A stretch of 64,000 bases of DNA from a virus (Duplodnaviria > Caudoviricetes): the IMG/VR virus record IMGVR_UViG_3300033074_001483, positions 1 to 64,000 of that record, one strand, 5' to 3'. The position numbers were made by a program, and so were the translations under genes. Shown here one piece after another: positions 9,929 through 19,968 of the stretch. The notes beneath the pieces were generated by a model. It was not told the DNA's origin. It ran no database searches and saw nothing but the letters and a program-made list of their open reading frames with translations. The stretch's first letter is position 1. Each line of letters begins with the position of its first letter.

Positions 9929-10423
9929 TTAAGGATTGTAGCACGCTATAACAATTGCATCATAAATATCTTCCATTCGTTTATCCGGGTTTCCGTTTCT
10001 ATTTAATTTCATCCACGGTGTAACATCGAACATTTTGGTTATATGTTGTTTAACAAACTCTTTAGGTTTCATGCCCCTGATCCTTGAAACACCAAACAAC
10101 TGCTTACGCATAGTCACGGCATTTGCATAAAAAATGGGACATTTGTAGTGTTCTTCAAGAATGAAAGAAATGACAGCTTTATTTTTTGCTAATTTTAATA
10201 AAGTTTGTTGAGAAGTTTTTCCGAATGCGAATCCCGAAAGAGTCTCTTCAATAATTATCCTATTAAATACTTTACTGTCAAGTCCATCAATAATGAGATT
10301 TGCCTTTTCTTTATATTTGTTTACCTTTCCTATATCAAAAAATCCGGCATCCATAATGACTTTATTATCCACAATGGCAAATCCGCAAACCGAAGTCGAG
10401 AGGTCTAACCCAAGAGTTTTCAT
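9929..10423 (-). CDS. RuvC-like Holliday junction resolvase (RNase H fold)
   Basis: LGLDLSTSVCGFAI, IIIEE and DIYDAIVIA acidic motifs. Confidence 0.75.
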   Translation of the reverse strand: MKTLGLDLSTSVCGFAIVDNKVIMDAGFFDIGKVNKYKEKANLIIDGLDSKVFNRIIIEETLSGFAFGKTSQQTLLKLAKNKAVISFILEEHYKCPIFYANAVTMRKQLFGVSRIRGMKPKEFVKQHITKMFDVTPWMKLNRNGNPDKRMEDIYDAIVIACYNP

Positions 10424-11079
10424 ATATTTCTTTTCTTTCGTAAGGTGGCTTCACGAAGTTTTATTTTTGACTCTTCGGAATGATGTTTTCCTTTGAATGG
10501 TGATGGTTTTCCGAGTTTTGCCATTCGTATTTTATTTCTTGTTTCGACACCATAAGAAAGACCTTTATTCCACGCAACTTGGACACCGATCTTTCCTTTA
10601 TTCCACGGCACACGACCAAGTTGAGATGCACTTATATTGGATCGATGCTCTTTTGAAAATATCATTCCCTTTCGTGCATCACTTATTCTTTGCTTCGTTT
10701 CCTCATTTACAACCTTCCCCATTAAAGAATTACTTATCTTCTTCCTGCTTTCTGAGGACATTTTTCTTCCTCGCATTGGAGCAGTTGGGTCGAATGACAA
10801 ATTGTAACTCAATTCTGGATGTTGACGACATTCATCTAGGTATTTTTGTTCTATTGCTTCTAATTCAGTACTAGAAATGGTTTCTATAACCTCGAACCTA
10901 AATGCAATCTGACCATATTTATTCCACGCCGCCTGAAGATGGGGATTAGCATGATGTTTATGGTTTAATTTACATTTGTGAATGTACCAACGATAATAAA
11001 TGTTGGTTGAACTCCCCACATAGTACATTCCTGTGTGAACATTTGTTATTTTGTAAATCCCAGATATAATAGTGCTCAT
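10420..11079 (-). CDS. GIY-YIG homing endonuclease with NUMOD3 repeats
   Basis: SGIYKITNVHTGMYYVGSS...RW..H; repeated ETKQRIS/ESRKKIS NUMOD3 motifs. Confidence 0.9.
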   Translation of the reverse strand: MSTIISGIYKITNVHTGMYYVGSSTNIYYRWYIHKCKLNHKHHANPHLQAAWNKYGQIAFRFEVIETISSTELEAIEQKYLDECRQHPELSYNLSFDPTAPMRGRKMSSESRKKISNSLMGKVVNEETKQRISDARKGMIFSKEHRSNISASQLGRVPWNKGKIGVQVAWNKGLSYGVETRNKIRMAKLGKPSPFKGKHHSEESKIKLREATLRKKRNI

Positions 11080-11080
11080 A

Positions 11081-11215
11081 TCACTTTGACATTTCCATTT
11101 TCAGTACTTTTGCAACCCACTTATAAATCTTCAATCCACGGAGTTCGCAATATGCCTTGATTTCTTTGTAAACTTGTTTGTCTATGCGAATTGTCGCTAA
11201 ATCTTTTTGTTTCAT
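11081..11215 (-). CDS. Small ribbon-helix-helix-like DNA-binding protein (44 aa; below the ORF-track cutoff)
   Basis: Manual translation MKQKDLATIRIDKQVYKEIKAYCELRGLKIYKWVAKVLKMEMSK. Stop lies 1 nt before the GIY-YIG ATG. TATTTAT motif upstream. Confidence 0.6.
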   Translation of the reverse strand: MKQKDLATIRIDKQVYKEIKAYCELRGLKIYKWVAKVLKMEMSK

Positions 11216-11266
11216 ACCAATAAATAGCAAAATGAAATACAAAAAAATACAAAAATGTGATGAAAT

Positions 11267-11298
11267 AAATAGCGTTCGGGAAATCCAAACGCCATTTT
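11267..11298 (-). terminator. Putative intrinsic terminator
   Basis: ATGGCGTT...AACGCTAT hairpin followed by TTATTT, downstream of 11314..11631. Confidence 0.45.
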
Positions 11299-11313
11299 CG
11301 TAACTAATTATTT

Positions 11314-11631
11314 TTATCTGCCAGATGGGGCGTATCTTCGAGTGTCAAGTCCTTTGATATAGAGCGACAATTCTTTGGACTTTGGAGCCGGGGAAGCGTT
11401 AGCTTCAATAGCATCCAAAAGTTCGGTCACACCTTGCATTGGTTTCACGGCAAAATCGTCAACGCTGACGAGAGCTTCGTTACCATCAATCGGCATTCTG
11501 TCACCAGTCTGTGGTGCTTGGCCGGGTGGCTTGAGTCTCTGCTTTACTTCAAAGGCACCACCAGCACGCTGCGTAGCGTAGCGTTCTTCGAGGTTCTTTG
11601 ACAATGATGGTCTTTCTGAGGGGGTAGGCAT
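11314..11631 (-). CDS. Hypothetical protein
   Basis: 105-aa ORF, co-oriented and tightly packed with its neighbours. Confidence 0.65.
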   Translation of the reverse strand: MPTPSERPSLSKNLEERYATQRAGGAFEVKQRLKPPGQAPQTGDRMPIDGNEALVSVDDFAVKPMQGVTELLDAIEANASPAPKSKELSLYIKGLDTRRYAPSGR

Positions 11632-11641
11632 GGTTATCTCC

Positions 11642-12256
11642 TTATACCTGTACAGGTAATTCTATGTTTGTTATGGCATCGTAAAGACGCCTATTTCTTT
11701 CATCATAACGCAAAAACAAAATTGGATTTATTCTTTTTACAATCCTTTCTTGTCTTCGGAGATCTTTTTCTTTTCTAATCGGAGTGTTATGATTTCTCGC
11801 CTCGTCATATTCAAAAACTACATTTTTTTCTTTGTCATATCCGTCCAAAGAATATCCTGAAATTCTAATCTCTCCACCATTCTCAGCATGTTGTAACTGA
11901 ATGCCCATCATATCATTGATCTTTTTGATAAACAAACACGCACGTTTGTTGTATGCGGGACCACGATACCCAAGTCTATCAATTTGTTGTAGTCGTCGCT
12001 CTCTCAATTTTTCTCTGGTATTTTCCGTTACTATTTTCCTACGAAGTTTTTCTCTACTCTCATTGGAAAATTTATATCCCAATGTTCGTTTATTTCCCAC
12101 CATACTCAAAGAAATTTTTCGTTTTGCCTCAAAAGAAAGTCTGTTTCCCTTGTGAGAACATGATCTACACATCACTCCATTCGTTTCAGCACGATTTCTT
12201 TCTGCCAAAGAAACATAGGACATTGGGCAACGACAAGATGGACAGTTTCTCTCCAC
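11642..12256 (-). CDS. Putative homing endonuclease (Zn ribbon + NUMOD3 + Vsr/DUF559-like domain)
   Basis: CPSC...CRSC and SLDGYDKEKNVVFEYDEARNH; same architecture as 4359..4985. Confidence 0.75.
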   Translation of the reverse strand: MERNCPSCRCPMSYVSLAERNRAETNGVMCRSCSHKGNRLSFEAKRKISLSMVGNKRTLGYKFSNESREKLRRKIVTENTREKLRERRLQQIDRLGYRGPAYNKRACLFIKKINDMMGIQLQHAENGGEIRISGYSLDGYDKEKNVVFEYDEARNHNTPIRKEKDLRRQERIVKRINPILFLRYDERNRRLYDAITNIELPVQV

Positions 12257-12258
12257 AA

Positions 12259-12516
12259 TTATTTACTCCCAACTTTTTTCAAATGAAGCATTAAAGTCAA
12301 AATCCTATCACGCATCACTTGAGATTGCTCTTCATCTTGCCAATCACCAGTTTTTATCATATGAATTACTTCATCGGCGATTTGAATTTCAATTTTTGTA
12401 TTTCGCTCATATTGTTTATTATGTGGTTCTACAACAGGATCATCTCCCGGAAGAGTTGCTTCTTGACTCAGCTTAAAAGAATTGCCGCCTACATTTTCAA
12501 ACAATTTTGATTTCAT
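12259..12516 (-). CDS. Hypothetical protein
   Basis: MKSKLFENVGGNSFKL... with a TATTTATA motif at 12526-12533. Confidence 0.6.
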   Translation of the reverse strand: MKSKLFENVGGNSFKLSQEATLPGDDPVVEPHNKQYERNTKIEIQIADEVIHMIKTGDWQDEEQSQVMRDRILTLMLHLKKVGSK

Positions 12517-12537
12517 GTCCTTTTCTATAAATATCAC

Positions 12538-14973
12538 TTACCAGTCCATTTTAACCACAAAATTGATCGGAAGTTCGGGGGTGATTTTGATTGGTGTACC
12601 CAACTTGGCAACAGCTACAAGGTCCAATCCATCGTAAAGTCCAATGGTTGTTGTATATGGCGCAAGGAAGGAACCTGTTTTATCAAGTGCTGTCAATCTT
12701 TCATAGTCTTGAAACTCGTGATTGATTTCTGGTAAAGCATATCGCTGAGACATGAAATTCAAATAATCAATGACATCACTGAACAGCTTTTTCTTACAAG
12801 AAGGAGTGATGTATGTTGCATAGTTTTCTTGAGTCAGACGATAGGTGAAATATTTCCACACAATATTCATGTCCCGAACATCAATCTTGTTATCTTCATT
12901 CAAGTCAAGCACATTTTGAACCCATGTATCTTCGGTTTCCCATCGTACAATACTTTCACTGGCAAGTGTGGATGTTGCCTCAACATTATAGAATGATTGA
13001 CTGATATTCCATTCATACAAACTCTTTTCATCATCTGTTTTGAGAAGAGATGAGGTCCAGTCTGTTGATACTGTCGTGCCGAGGGTAGTTGTATTCTTGT
13101 ACTGCATATAGCGAAGAATTACATCTACATCTTGGAAATCGAAAATACCATTTCCATTGACATCAAATGAACCCGTCAGACGATGAATTGCTGATGGATT
13201 AGTACTTACATTGAACTCGCCGGGAGCAACTTGGCAGATGATTTGTTTCTCATAAATGGTATGTTGTCCTTTGAACTGTAAATCATATTCGTATGTGTTG
13301 GCATTGATCGGGTTAAAGAACAACCCATCAAAAACAGAACCAGAAGTCATGATGACAATTTTACCATTACGATAGAAAACATTTCCGACGTGGAACTCGT
13401 CTCTCAAGTTAGCAAGATTGTAAATGTATGCTTTGCCAGAAATATCATCCAAAACCATACCACTGCTTGACGTTGTATTCAAATTGACAAAGCGATTGGA
13501 ATCTGTTAGAAGCAATGGTGCTCCAACGACCATAGAGCGTCCATCAATAGAAACATCGTTTCCGTAGCTTCGGTATGGACTCAGGTATCTCTTCTTTCTT
13601 TGATATACATTGACGATTTCCCAATCTCCAGAAGATGTGTTTTTCTGAAGAAGCATCGCTTGCCCCGTCAAAGCATTTTCCAAATCGGACGCACATTGAT
13701 GAAGTTGATCAAGTGTACCACCCACATAACAAGAAGTAATTCCTTCATTGTTAATCTTAGGAATGCCCGAGACAGCATATCCAAATCCCGCATCTACAGA
13801 GTATCCCATGCGATTGTTTTTGATGGTCAGTGGGGTGCCGTAAGTTTTAAGATTCAAGACAAACTGTGAGTATGGAGTTTCCAAAGAGCTTGTTATATCA
13901 AGACATTTCTCATAAACATATGTTGCTCCCTGTTGATACAACCCCGACCCGCTAAATTCATAAACTGCTCTATCATATGGAGCACCAATCACAACAGTCG
14001 AATCATAAAGCGAAACCGCCCGCCCATAACCATTGGAAACATTCATTACAGATGAAGTATCCATGTCATATGGCATGAATGGTCCAAAGGTCAATGATTT
14101 CCAATTAGTTGTCGGATTAAAAATATGAGTTAATGTCCAACTTCCAGTAATAATTTCGTAATAGTAGGCTTGAGCATTGGCATTATTACCACATCCGACA
14201 ATCATACTTTGACTATATGATCCACTTTGCTTATTGAGTTTCAAATCCCATCCATAGAGAGCTTCTGAAATAGAACCGCTTGGTGCATTTAATTTTTGAT
14301 AGAGTGACCAAGTAACCGCACTTCCAGTTGTGAGATTTCTATACATGTAAATCATACCCGCCGAAGAACTGACATATGGAGAACTAATCGCTATCCATTT
14401 TGAGTTGATACTGACACCGTGACCAAAAGAATTTGTAATAGTAGTATCAGGATTGTAAATGGTGTAAAGATAAGTGCTGACGGTTGCTCCAAGTTCTGTC
14501 TTTGACAAATCGTGAAGTTCAACTGTTGTTCCTGAAGCCGTGGTAACGCTGGCACTTGTCGCAACAATTTGGGTAAAGTATGGAGAACCTACCACAAGAG
14601 TTTTTCCGTACATGTCCAGCGAAAATCCAAATCCATCTTCTACGGAAGATGTGTACAATGTTTTGTCAATGAGAATATCTTCGGTAAAGGATGGGAGTAA
14701 AGCATCCTCTGTATTGATGTTATAAAAAGGATACGCCCCCGTATTTTCAGTTGCCAAGATTACATCAATATCTTCTACATTTTTGAAGATCGTGCCAACA
14801 TAATCATGTTGGTCAGTATTCTTATTATAACGGAAGTAGTCGAGAGAACCAGTACGAAGAACACTCATTGATTCTGCTGTCCATCGGAGAATGGCAGGGT
14901 TTCCGACAGCCACATAATCTCCGTAGGTGGCTACTGCGTAACCGTAGTTTTCGTTCTTTATGAAGGCATACAT
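12538..14973 (-). CDS. Baseplate/tail-associated structural protein with FG-GAP-like repeats and a dockerin/EF-hand-like pair
   Basis: Repeats like FGFSLDMYGKTLVVGSP and YGRAVSLYDSTVVIGAP; Ca-loops DVNGNGIFDFQD and DLNEDNKIDVRD. C-terminal TTIGLY...LVAVAKL shared with 25703..26848. Confidence 0.65.
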   Translation of the reverse strand: MYAFIKNENYGYAVATYGDYVAVGNPAILRWTAESMSVLRTGSLDYFRYNKNTDQHDYVGTIFKNVEDIDVILATENTGAYPFYNINTEDALLPSFTEDILIDKTLYTSSVEDGFGFSLDMYGKTLVVGSPYFTQIVATSASVTTASGTTVELHDLSKTELGATVSTYLYTIYNPDTTITNSFGHGVSINSKWIAISSPYVSSSAGMIYMYRNLTTGSAVTWSLYQKLNAPSGSISEALYGWDLKLNKQSGSYSQSMIVGCGNNANAQAYYYEIITGSWTLTHIFNPTTNWKSLTFGPFMPYDMDTSSVMNVSNGYGRAVSLYDSTVVIGAPYDRAVYEFSGSGLYQQGATYVYEKCLDITSSLETPYSQFVLNLKTYGTPLTIKNNRMGYSVDAGFGYAVSGIPKINNEGITSCYVGGTLDQLHQCASDLENALTGQAMLLQKNTSSGDWEIVNVYQRKKRYLSPYRSYGNDVSIDGRSMVVGAPLLLTDSNRFVNLNTTSSSGMVLDDISGKAYIYNLANLRDEFHVGNVFYRNGKIVIMTSGSVFDGLFFNPINANTYEYDLQFKGQHTIYEKQIICQVAPGEFNVSTNPSAIHRLTGSFDVNGNGIFDFQDVDVILRYMQYKNTTTLGTTVSTDWTSSLLKTDDEKSLYEWNISQSFYNVEATSTLASESIVRWETEDTWVQNVLDLNEDNKIDVRDMNIVWKYFTYRLTQENYATYITPSCKKKLFSDVIDYLNFMSQRYALPEINHEFQDYERLTALDKTGSFLAPYTTTIGLYDGLDLVAVAKLGTPIKITPELPINFVVKMDW

Positions 14974-15012
14974 ACCTGATTATAAATAGACCTCTCCACT
15001 ATTTTTATGGAG

Positions 15013-18000
15013 TTATGCCGGGAAGTATTGTAAACTTGCCGTATCACTATAACTAGACGTTCCATTTGCATTAACAGCAGCAACTTGATACCAATACCAA
15101 TTGCTTGCGGTTACGTTGTAATCATCGTAGTAGCTTTGACTAATTGAACTTGTGGCATACGATGAAGTATAGTTGATACCATCCGTTGATCGGTCTATTA
15201 CAAAATATTCCTGATTATCGCTTCCAGATTCCCACGTTAACTGAACATATGTAGTTACTACGCTTGCACTCAAAGAATATGGGGCTGCCGGTGGAGCAGG
15301 AGGATCTGGAATGGCATATGGTTCACGCATATAGACTTTCACAGAACCAGTGTATGCCGAAATATCTCCATCAAATCTTTGTGGGAAATAATATTCCCCG
15401 TTGGATGGATTTACTCCAAAAGATGCTCCCGCCGAGGCTCCAATAATCGAATCAAAAGATGTCTCTTCAAGAGGCGAAAGCTCGCAAACAACTGTGTGAG
15501 CAACTGGATCAATCAACAATGTCCATCCGGGTACATCTGACCAGTAATTGTAAGCAATTAGTTTGTGTCCTCTGGCATCCCACTTGATGTCATCCACTCC
15601 TCGGAATCCACTGCCCGTGTACCATGAAAGATCATAGGTGTAAACGTCCGTCATATCCGGGTTTACTTCAATTATCAATGGAGGATAATCGGGACTTGTG
15701 CCCCAAGCTCCAATAAACACCGTATCGGTCAACGGACAATAGCATATGGACCCCGCCCATCCACCATATCCAGTTGTTCCATCATCCACAAATGATTTGC
15801 GATAACCAGAATATCCAGAATATCCACTTTGGAATGACCACAACATGTCTCCACTACCACTTTCAGTAGCAGTATTGTCGAGGACATTGTTTACAATGTT
15901 CCACGAACTACCATTGGAATCAATAAACGAAAGCATCTTTCCGTAGTAATATCCATAGTCAATTCCATTTTCAAACGAAGCTGTATCAGAAATCACAGCT
16001 GGATCAAACGCCCCATTCACATAGAGGTTATAAGTATTTTCGATGGTACTGTTGGACCCCGTGATTTGTTCAACATAAGCATTTGTCCCATCATGTTCAA
16101 ATACCCAAACGCTTTCTCCATCACTACACCAGTCCATTGCTCCATAGGTCAGAGCAATTGATGCTGACAAGCTACCAGTGCTATCAAACACCAACATCGT
16201 AGATGCTGTAATTGCTTCTCCCGATGGACTTTGGTATGTAGTTCCATCTGATAGTATGTAATACTTACCATTGCACACTACAGCATTTCTGCCGGGCCAA
16301 GTGTGGGTGTATGATTCGGTATAATCATTGTAGCGAGTTTGTCCATCAGTACTGAAAAACCAGTTATGACGGTTATGCTGAAAAGTTCCGTCGAGCAGGT
16401 AATCGTTATCTGATACAACAGTTGTATTACCATCAGATGTGATGTATCTGGGATATGCTCTTCCCATCCACTCCGTTGGTCCGGGTACAGAGGAAGTAAT
16501 CTTGTAGCTTCCTGAAAACCATACACACGATGCAGTATCTACCTCTGAAGCCGTATAAGGCGCAATCCATCCTGTATCACGAATTCTACTCAAACGAATG
16601 GAGTACAATCTACCTTCAGTAGCACCATCATAAGTTTGTTGTGCTGAATAAATGCGGGATACATTTGGAGCAAAACATAAACTGTATCCATAAAATCCAT
16701 CTGGAGTAAATGGATCGTTAGAAATCGTCTCACTATTAAGAGCCAAATAGTTCATCGGAAGATAAGTATTTCTATCCAATAATGCAACTGCTGGTACATT
16801 TGGCCCACCCTGATCATCAATACCAAAAACATAAACATTAGTACATGCGTCACCCACACCAGCTGCCTCAAATAATCCCGATGATGGTAAATCATCTTGA
16901 GTATGGATAATTGTATCCGATACTGGATCATACAAAGCGACTTTACCCGGGTTGCCGGGAAGACGAATGGACATCGTATTACTTTCTGAAATATAGCTTA
17001 CTACGATTCTAGCCTTAACACTTGTGCTACTTGTCGTAAACGTAGATCCATCTACTTTGACCATACCACGTCCCGGCAAAAGACTAGAATTATACGTCTG
17101 AGCGACATAGTAAGAGTTATTGATTGCTGAGTAGCAAGACATCCAGAAACCATATCCTCCTTGTAAGGCCGAAGAACTCAAAGCCGCAACCGTACTTCTG
17201 GTTGCACAATCCCAAATAATGATATTTGCTACAGTACTGTAGTTATAACGAGCAAAGAGAATACGATCATTGAATTCATCATATGACAAATATCCACTGA
17301 AATCAGGAACACCTACCTGCGATTGTCCACTATAACGAGGATATTCCGTAGCAGTTACATAATTTCCAACATTGTCATATTCATCAATAGACATCGTTAA
17401 AACTCCACTCGGTCCTTGCTTATAAACCCAAGCGAATACACGATCTTGAGTAGGACTGTAACACGCACCATTGATTCCTTGACTATAATGAATGATGGAA
17501 CCCGTATTGTTTACTGTATCCCAAAATACAAGTTTGGTCCCCGACTCTCCCACAACAACATAGTTTGAGGATGAAACATAAAAACAATCTGTTGGTTCTA
17601 TTGATGTGCTCCAGCTCGTTTCCAAACGAGCACCGGGACTAATGTAAAGTTTATATCGTCCAATGGCATTATCAGTAGATGACAATTCAATGTTATAGGT
17701 ATATCCACCTTTCAACACATAGTTGAATGCAGCATTACCAAAGCTTACATCACCACTCGGCACCCATCCATTCCAATCACTTTCTACGACAACACTACCT
17801 GTTTGGTCAACAAGTGCCAAATAGACATCGAAATCCTTAGAACGACCCCAAACAGAAATGCTCTGTGTTGCTAAACTGGTTGAGATTGGAATAAATTTTC
17901 CATAATTGTTTCGGTAAGTTGATATATCGCCATGATTTATGTATCCCTCTCTCATGTACGCTGCAAAATCATGCCCAACACAAGAAATCAAATCAAGCTC

Positions 18001-19962
18001 TGCTTCATTGCTTTCTGCCGATTCGCCCCCCGCATTTACGGCAGTTACTTTGTACCAGTAGGTATTACTTGCTGTTACGTTGTAATCAACCGAGTGAGTC
18101 GTTGGTGATGTGCCGATAAGAGTGTATGGCCCACCCTCCGATGGTGCTTTATAGATATTGTAATAATCCGCTTGGACGCTTCCGCTCCAATCGAGGATTG
18201 CCGATCCGCTAGATACCATTAAGAACAAAGGAGCCTCCGGTGGTGGTACGGGTGGTGCTGATGATGAAATGAAAACTTCAGCGACATTACTATATGGTTC
18301 TGTTGGCCATAACAGATGGCGAACTTTATACCAATAAGATGTATCAACAGCAACCGCTGTATCTTCATAACTGTAAACAAATGGGTCAATAGAATAAGTA
18401 ACTGGCCATGTTGACCCCGAGTCCACAGATCTGAATAACGACTGTGAAAATTCTCCACTGAAAATCCAGCTGACCGATGCTGTCGGTTCTCCACTCTGAA
18501 TAGCACTTGCGGTTGGAGGAGCATACCACGGCTTCATCAACACAGTACTATACCCCGCTTTCATTGCATTCACAATGTCCGTAGAACCAGTATCTTCTAC
18601 TTTAGTGGAACCAGAATAGAAAGACATGGAGAGAACGTGATGATTGCTACCAGAATTTATCTCAAGAAGTGCCCATACGTAATCAGCGTCTCCCTCGCCA
18701 GTGTACCACCATTTAGTATCCAAGGATGCCGTTGTGATAGAACGCTTGTCACTTCCCATTAGAGAAGTGTTTAAGAAAACCACAGACGAACTTTCAATTC
18801 GCTCTACCCAATGGACGTGACCCGAAACCATGATATCAATACCCCACTCTTGCCAAGGAATAGCCGCAAGATGTGGATTTGGTGCGTGACTTCCAGAAGA
18901 ACAAATGGCGGGGACATGAACTACTGCAATTCTCCATTGAATGTTAGGATTGTTTCGGGAATATTCCGTAGATTGGCTCAACCATGTCAGTTGTGGCATA
19001 CTCTGTGATAAAGCAATACCACTTGTACTCGTCGTATCCAAAAAGAATACATCCACTGTATTCAGGCTTTGTGTATAAACTCTTGCTGAACCAGTATATC
19101 CGGCAGGTGGTTTGAAATAGTTTAGGAAATAAGATGCTCCAATATCACTTAGATCATGATTTCCAACACATGCCCACAAACTTGAAGATGGTCCGAGCAT
19201 TCTGCCAGCTTGCCCTTCATATCCACCATAGGTATTTGGATCGAGTGCGCCCGGGTTTTCCGCATTGTAATAGTTGTCACCAGCCAAAATCCATGCATTG
19301 ACACTCATGGTTGCTCTAGCAACTCTATTTGCTTCGTGAAGTGAAGCGGTATGCAGTCCCCACGGAGTATCATCTATATCATTGTATTGATATCCGGCAT
19401 CGGCAGTTACAGCAAATGCTGTTCTTGAAGATGTCTCGGGAAGTATAGTAACGGATGCGAGGGAACTCGTCGGTTCAATGCTCGCCGAAAAGATTTCTTG
19501 AACTCGATATGTGTAAGTATTTCCTACCGAAACCGTATCATCAATGTAATAGTATGCAGAACGACTATCCGTTTGCATAGGTGGAAGCTCAATACCCCAA
19601 TCCCAAGTTGAACCCCCGTCCGAAGAACGGGAAAGAGACATAGTATGACGACCTTCAAAATGCCAGAAGACAACCGATTGTGTTGTGGTCCCGTGTTGCC
19701 ACGCCCAAAGGTCGGCAGGAGGAGGAACAATGAAAACAGGAGCAATAGAACTTGTTGGACCAGTTCCCCAATAGTTTACTGCCGATACTCTGTACAACAA
19801 AACATCGCCCCACCATGCGGCGTCATCATAATATGTCGTGACGACATTGGAGCACGTAAAAACTGTTGTCCACGACCCTGACTCTGGGGTAGAGCGTTCC
19901 AGCTTGAATCCCGTATGGTCAGAACCCGTGTAACTCCAGCTTACATATGATTGTGTATTCAT
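15013..19962 (-). CDS. Large multidomain protein: FN3 repeats + calcineurin-like (purple acid phosphatase-type) metallophosphoesterase + beta-propeller-like region
   Basis: FN3 signatures (YRVSAVN, YWYKVTAVNAGGES, YWYQVAAVNANGTS) and complete phosphoesterase motifs ADAG, GDNYY, GNHD, GHVH. Confidence 0.75.
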   Translation of the reverse strand: MNTQSYVSWSYTGSDHTGFKLERSTPESGSWTTVFTCSNVVTTYYDDAAWWGDVLLYRVSAVNYWGTGPTSSIAPVFIVPPPADLWAWQHGTTTQSVVFWHFEGRHTMSLSRSSDGGSTWDWGIELPPMQTDSRSAYYYIDDTVSVGNTYTYRVQEIFSASIEPTSSLASVTILPETSSRTAFAVTADAGYQYNDIDDTPWGLHTASLHEANRVARATMSVNAWILAGDNYYNAENPGALDPNTYGGYEGQAGRMLGPSSSLWACVGNHDLSDIGASYFLNYFKPPAGYTGSARVYTQSLNTVDVFFLDTTSTSGIALSQSMPQLTWLSQSTEYSRNNPNIQWRIAVVHVPAICSSGSHAPNPHLAAIPWQEWGIDIMVSGHVHWVERIESSSVVFLNTSLMGSDKRSITTASLDTKWWYTGEGDADYVWALLEINSGSNHHVLSMSFYSGSTKVEDTGSTDIVNAMKAGYSTVLMKPWYAPPTASAIQSGEPTASVSWIFSGEFSQSLFRSVDSGSTWPVTYSIDPFVYSYEDTAVAVDTSYWYKVRHLLWPTEPYSNVAEVFISSSAPPVPPPEAPLFLMVSSGSAILDWSGSVQADYYNIYKAPSEGGPYTLIGTSPTTHSVDYNVTASNTYWYKVTAVNAGGESAESNEAELDLISCVGHDFAAYMREGYINHGDISTYRNNYGKFIPISTSLATQSISVWGRSKDFDVYLALVDQTGSVVVESDWNGWVPSGDVSFGNAAFNYVLKGGYTYNIELSSTDNAIGRYKLYISPGARLETSWSTSIEPTDCFYVSSSNYVVVGESGTKLVFWDTVNNTGSIIHYSQGINGACYSPTQDRVFAWVYKQGPSGVLTMSIDEYDNVGNYVTATEYPRYSGQSQVGVPDFSGYLSYDEFNDRILFARYNYSTVANIIIWDCATRSTVAALSSSALQGGYGFWMSCYSAINNSYYVAQTYNSSLLPGRGMVKVDGSTFTTSSTSVKARIVVSYISESNTMSIRLPGNPGKVALYDPVSDTIIHTQDDLPSSGLFEAAGVGDACTNVYVFGIDDQGGPNVPAVALLDRNTYLPMNYLALNSETISNDPFTPDGFYGYSLCFAPNVSRIYSAQQTYDGATEGRLYSIRLSRIRDTGWIAPYTASEVDTASCVWFSGSYKITSSVPGPTEWMGRAYPRYITSDGNTTVVSDNDYLLDGTFQHNRHNWFFSTDGQTRYNDYTESYTHTWPGRNAVVCNGKYYILSDGTTYQSPSGEAITASTMLVFDSTGSLSASIALTYGAMDWCSDGESVWVFEHDGTNAYVEQITGSNSTIENTYNLYVNGAFDPAVISDTASFENGIDYGYYYGKMLSFIDSNGSSWNIVNNVLDNTATESGSGDMLWSFQSGYSGYSGYRKSFVDDGTTGYGGWAGSICYCPLTDTVFIGAWGTSPDYPPLIIEVNPDMTDVYTYDLSWYTGSGFRGVDDIKWDARGHKLIAYNYWSDVPGWTLLIDPVAHTVVCELSPLEETSFDSIIGASAGASFGVNPSNGEYYFPQRFDGDISAYTGSVKVYMREPYAIPDPPAPPAAPYSLSASVVTTYVQLTWESGSDNQEYFVIDRSTDGINYTSSYATSSISQSYYDDYNVTASNWYWYQVAAVNANGTSSYSDTASLQYFPA

Positions 19963-19968
19963 TCTCGT

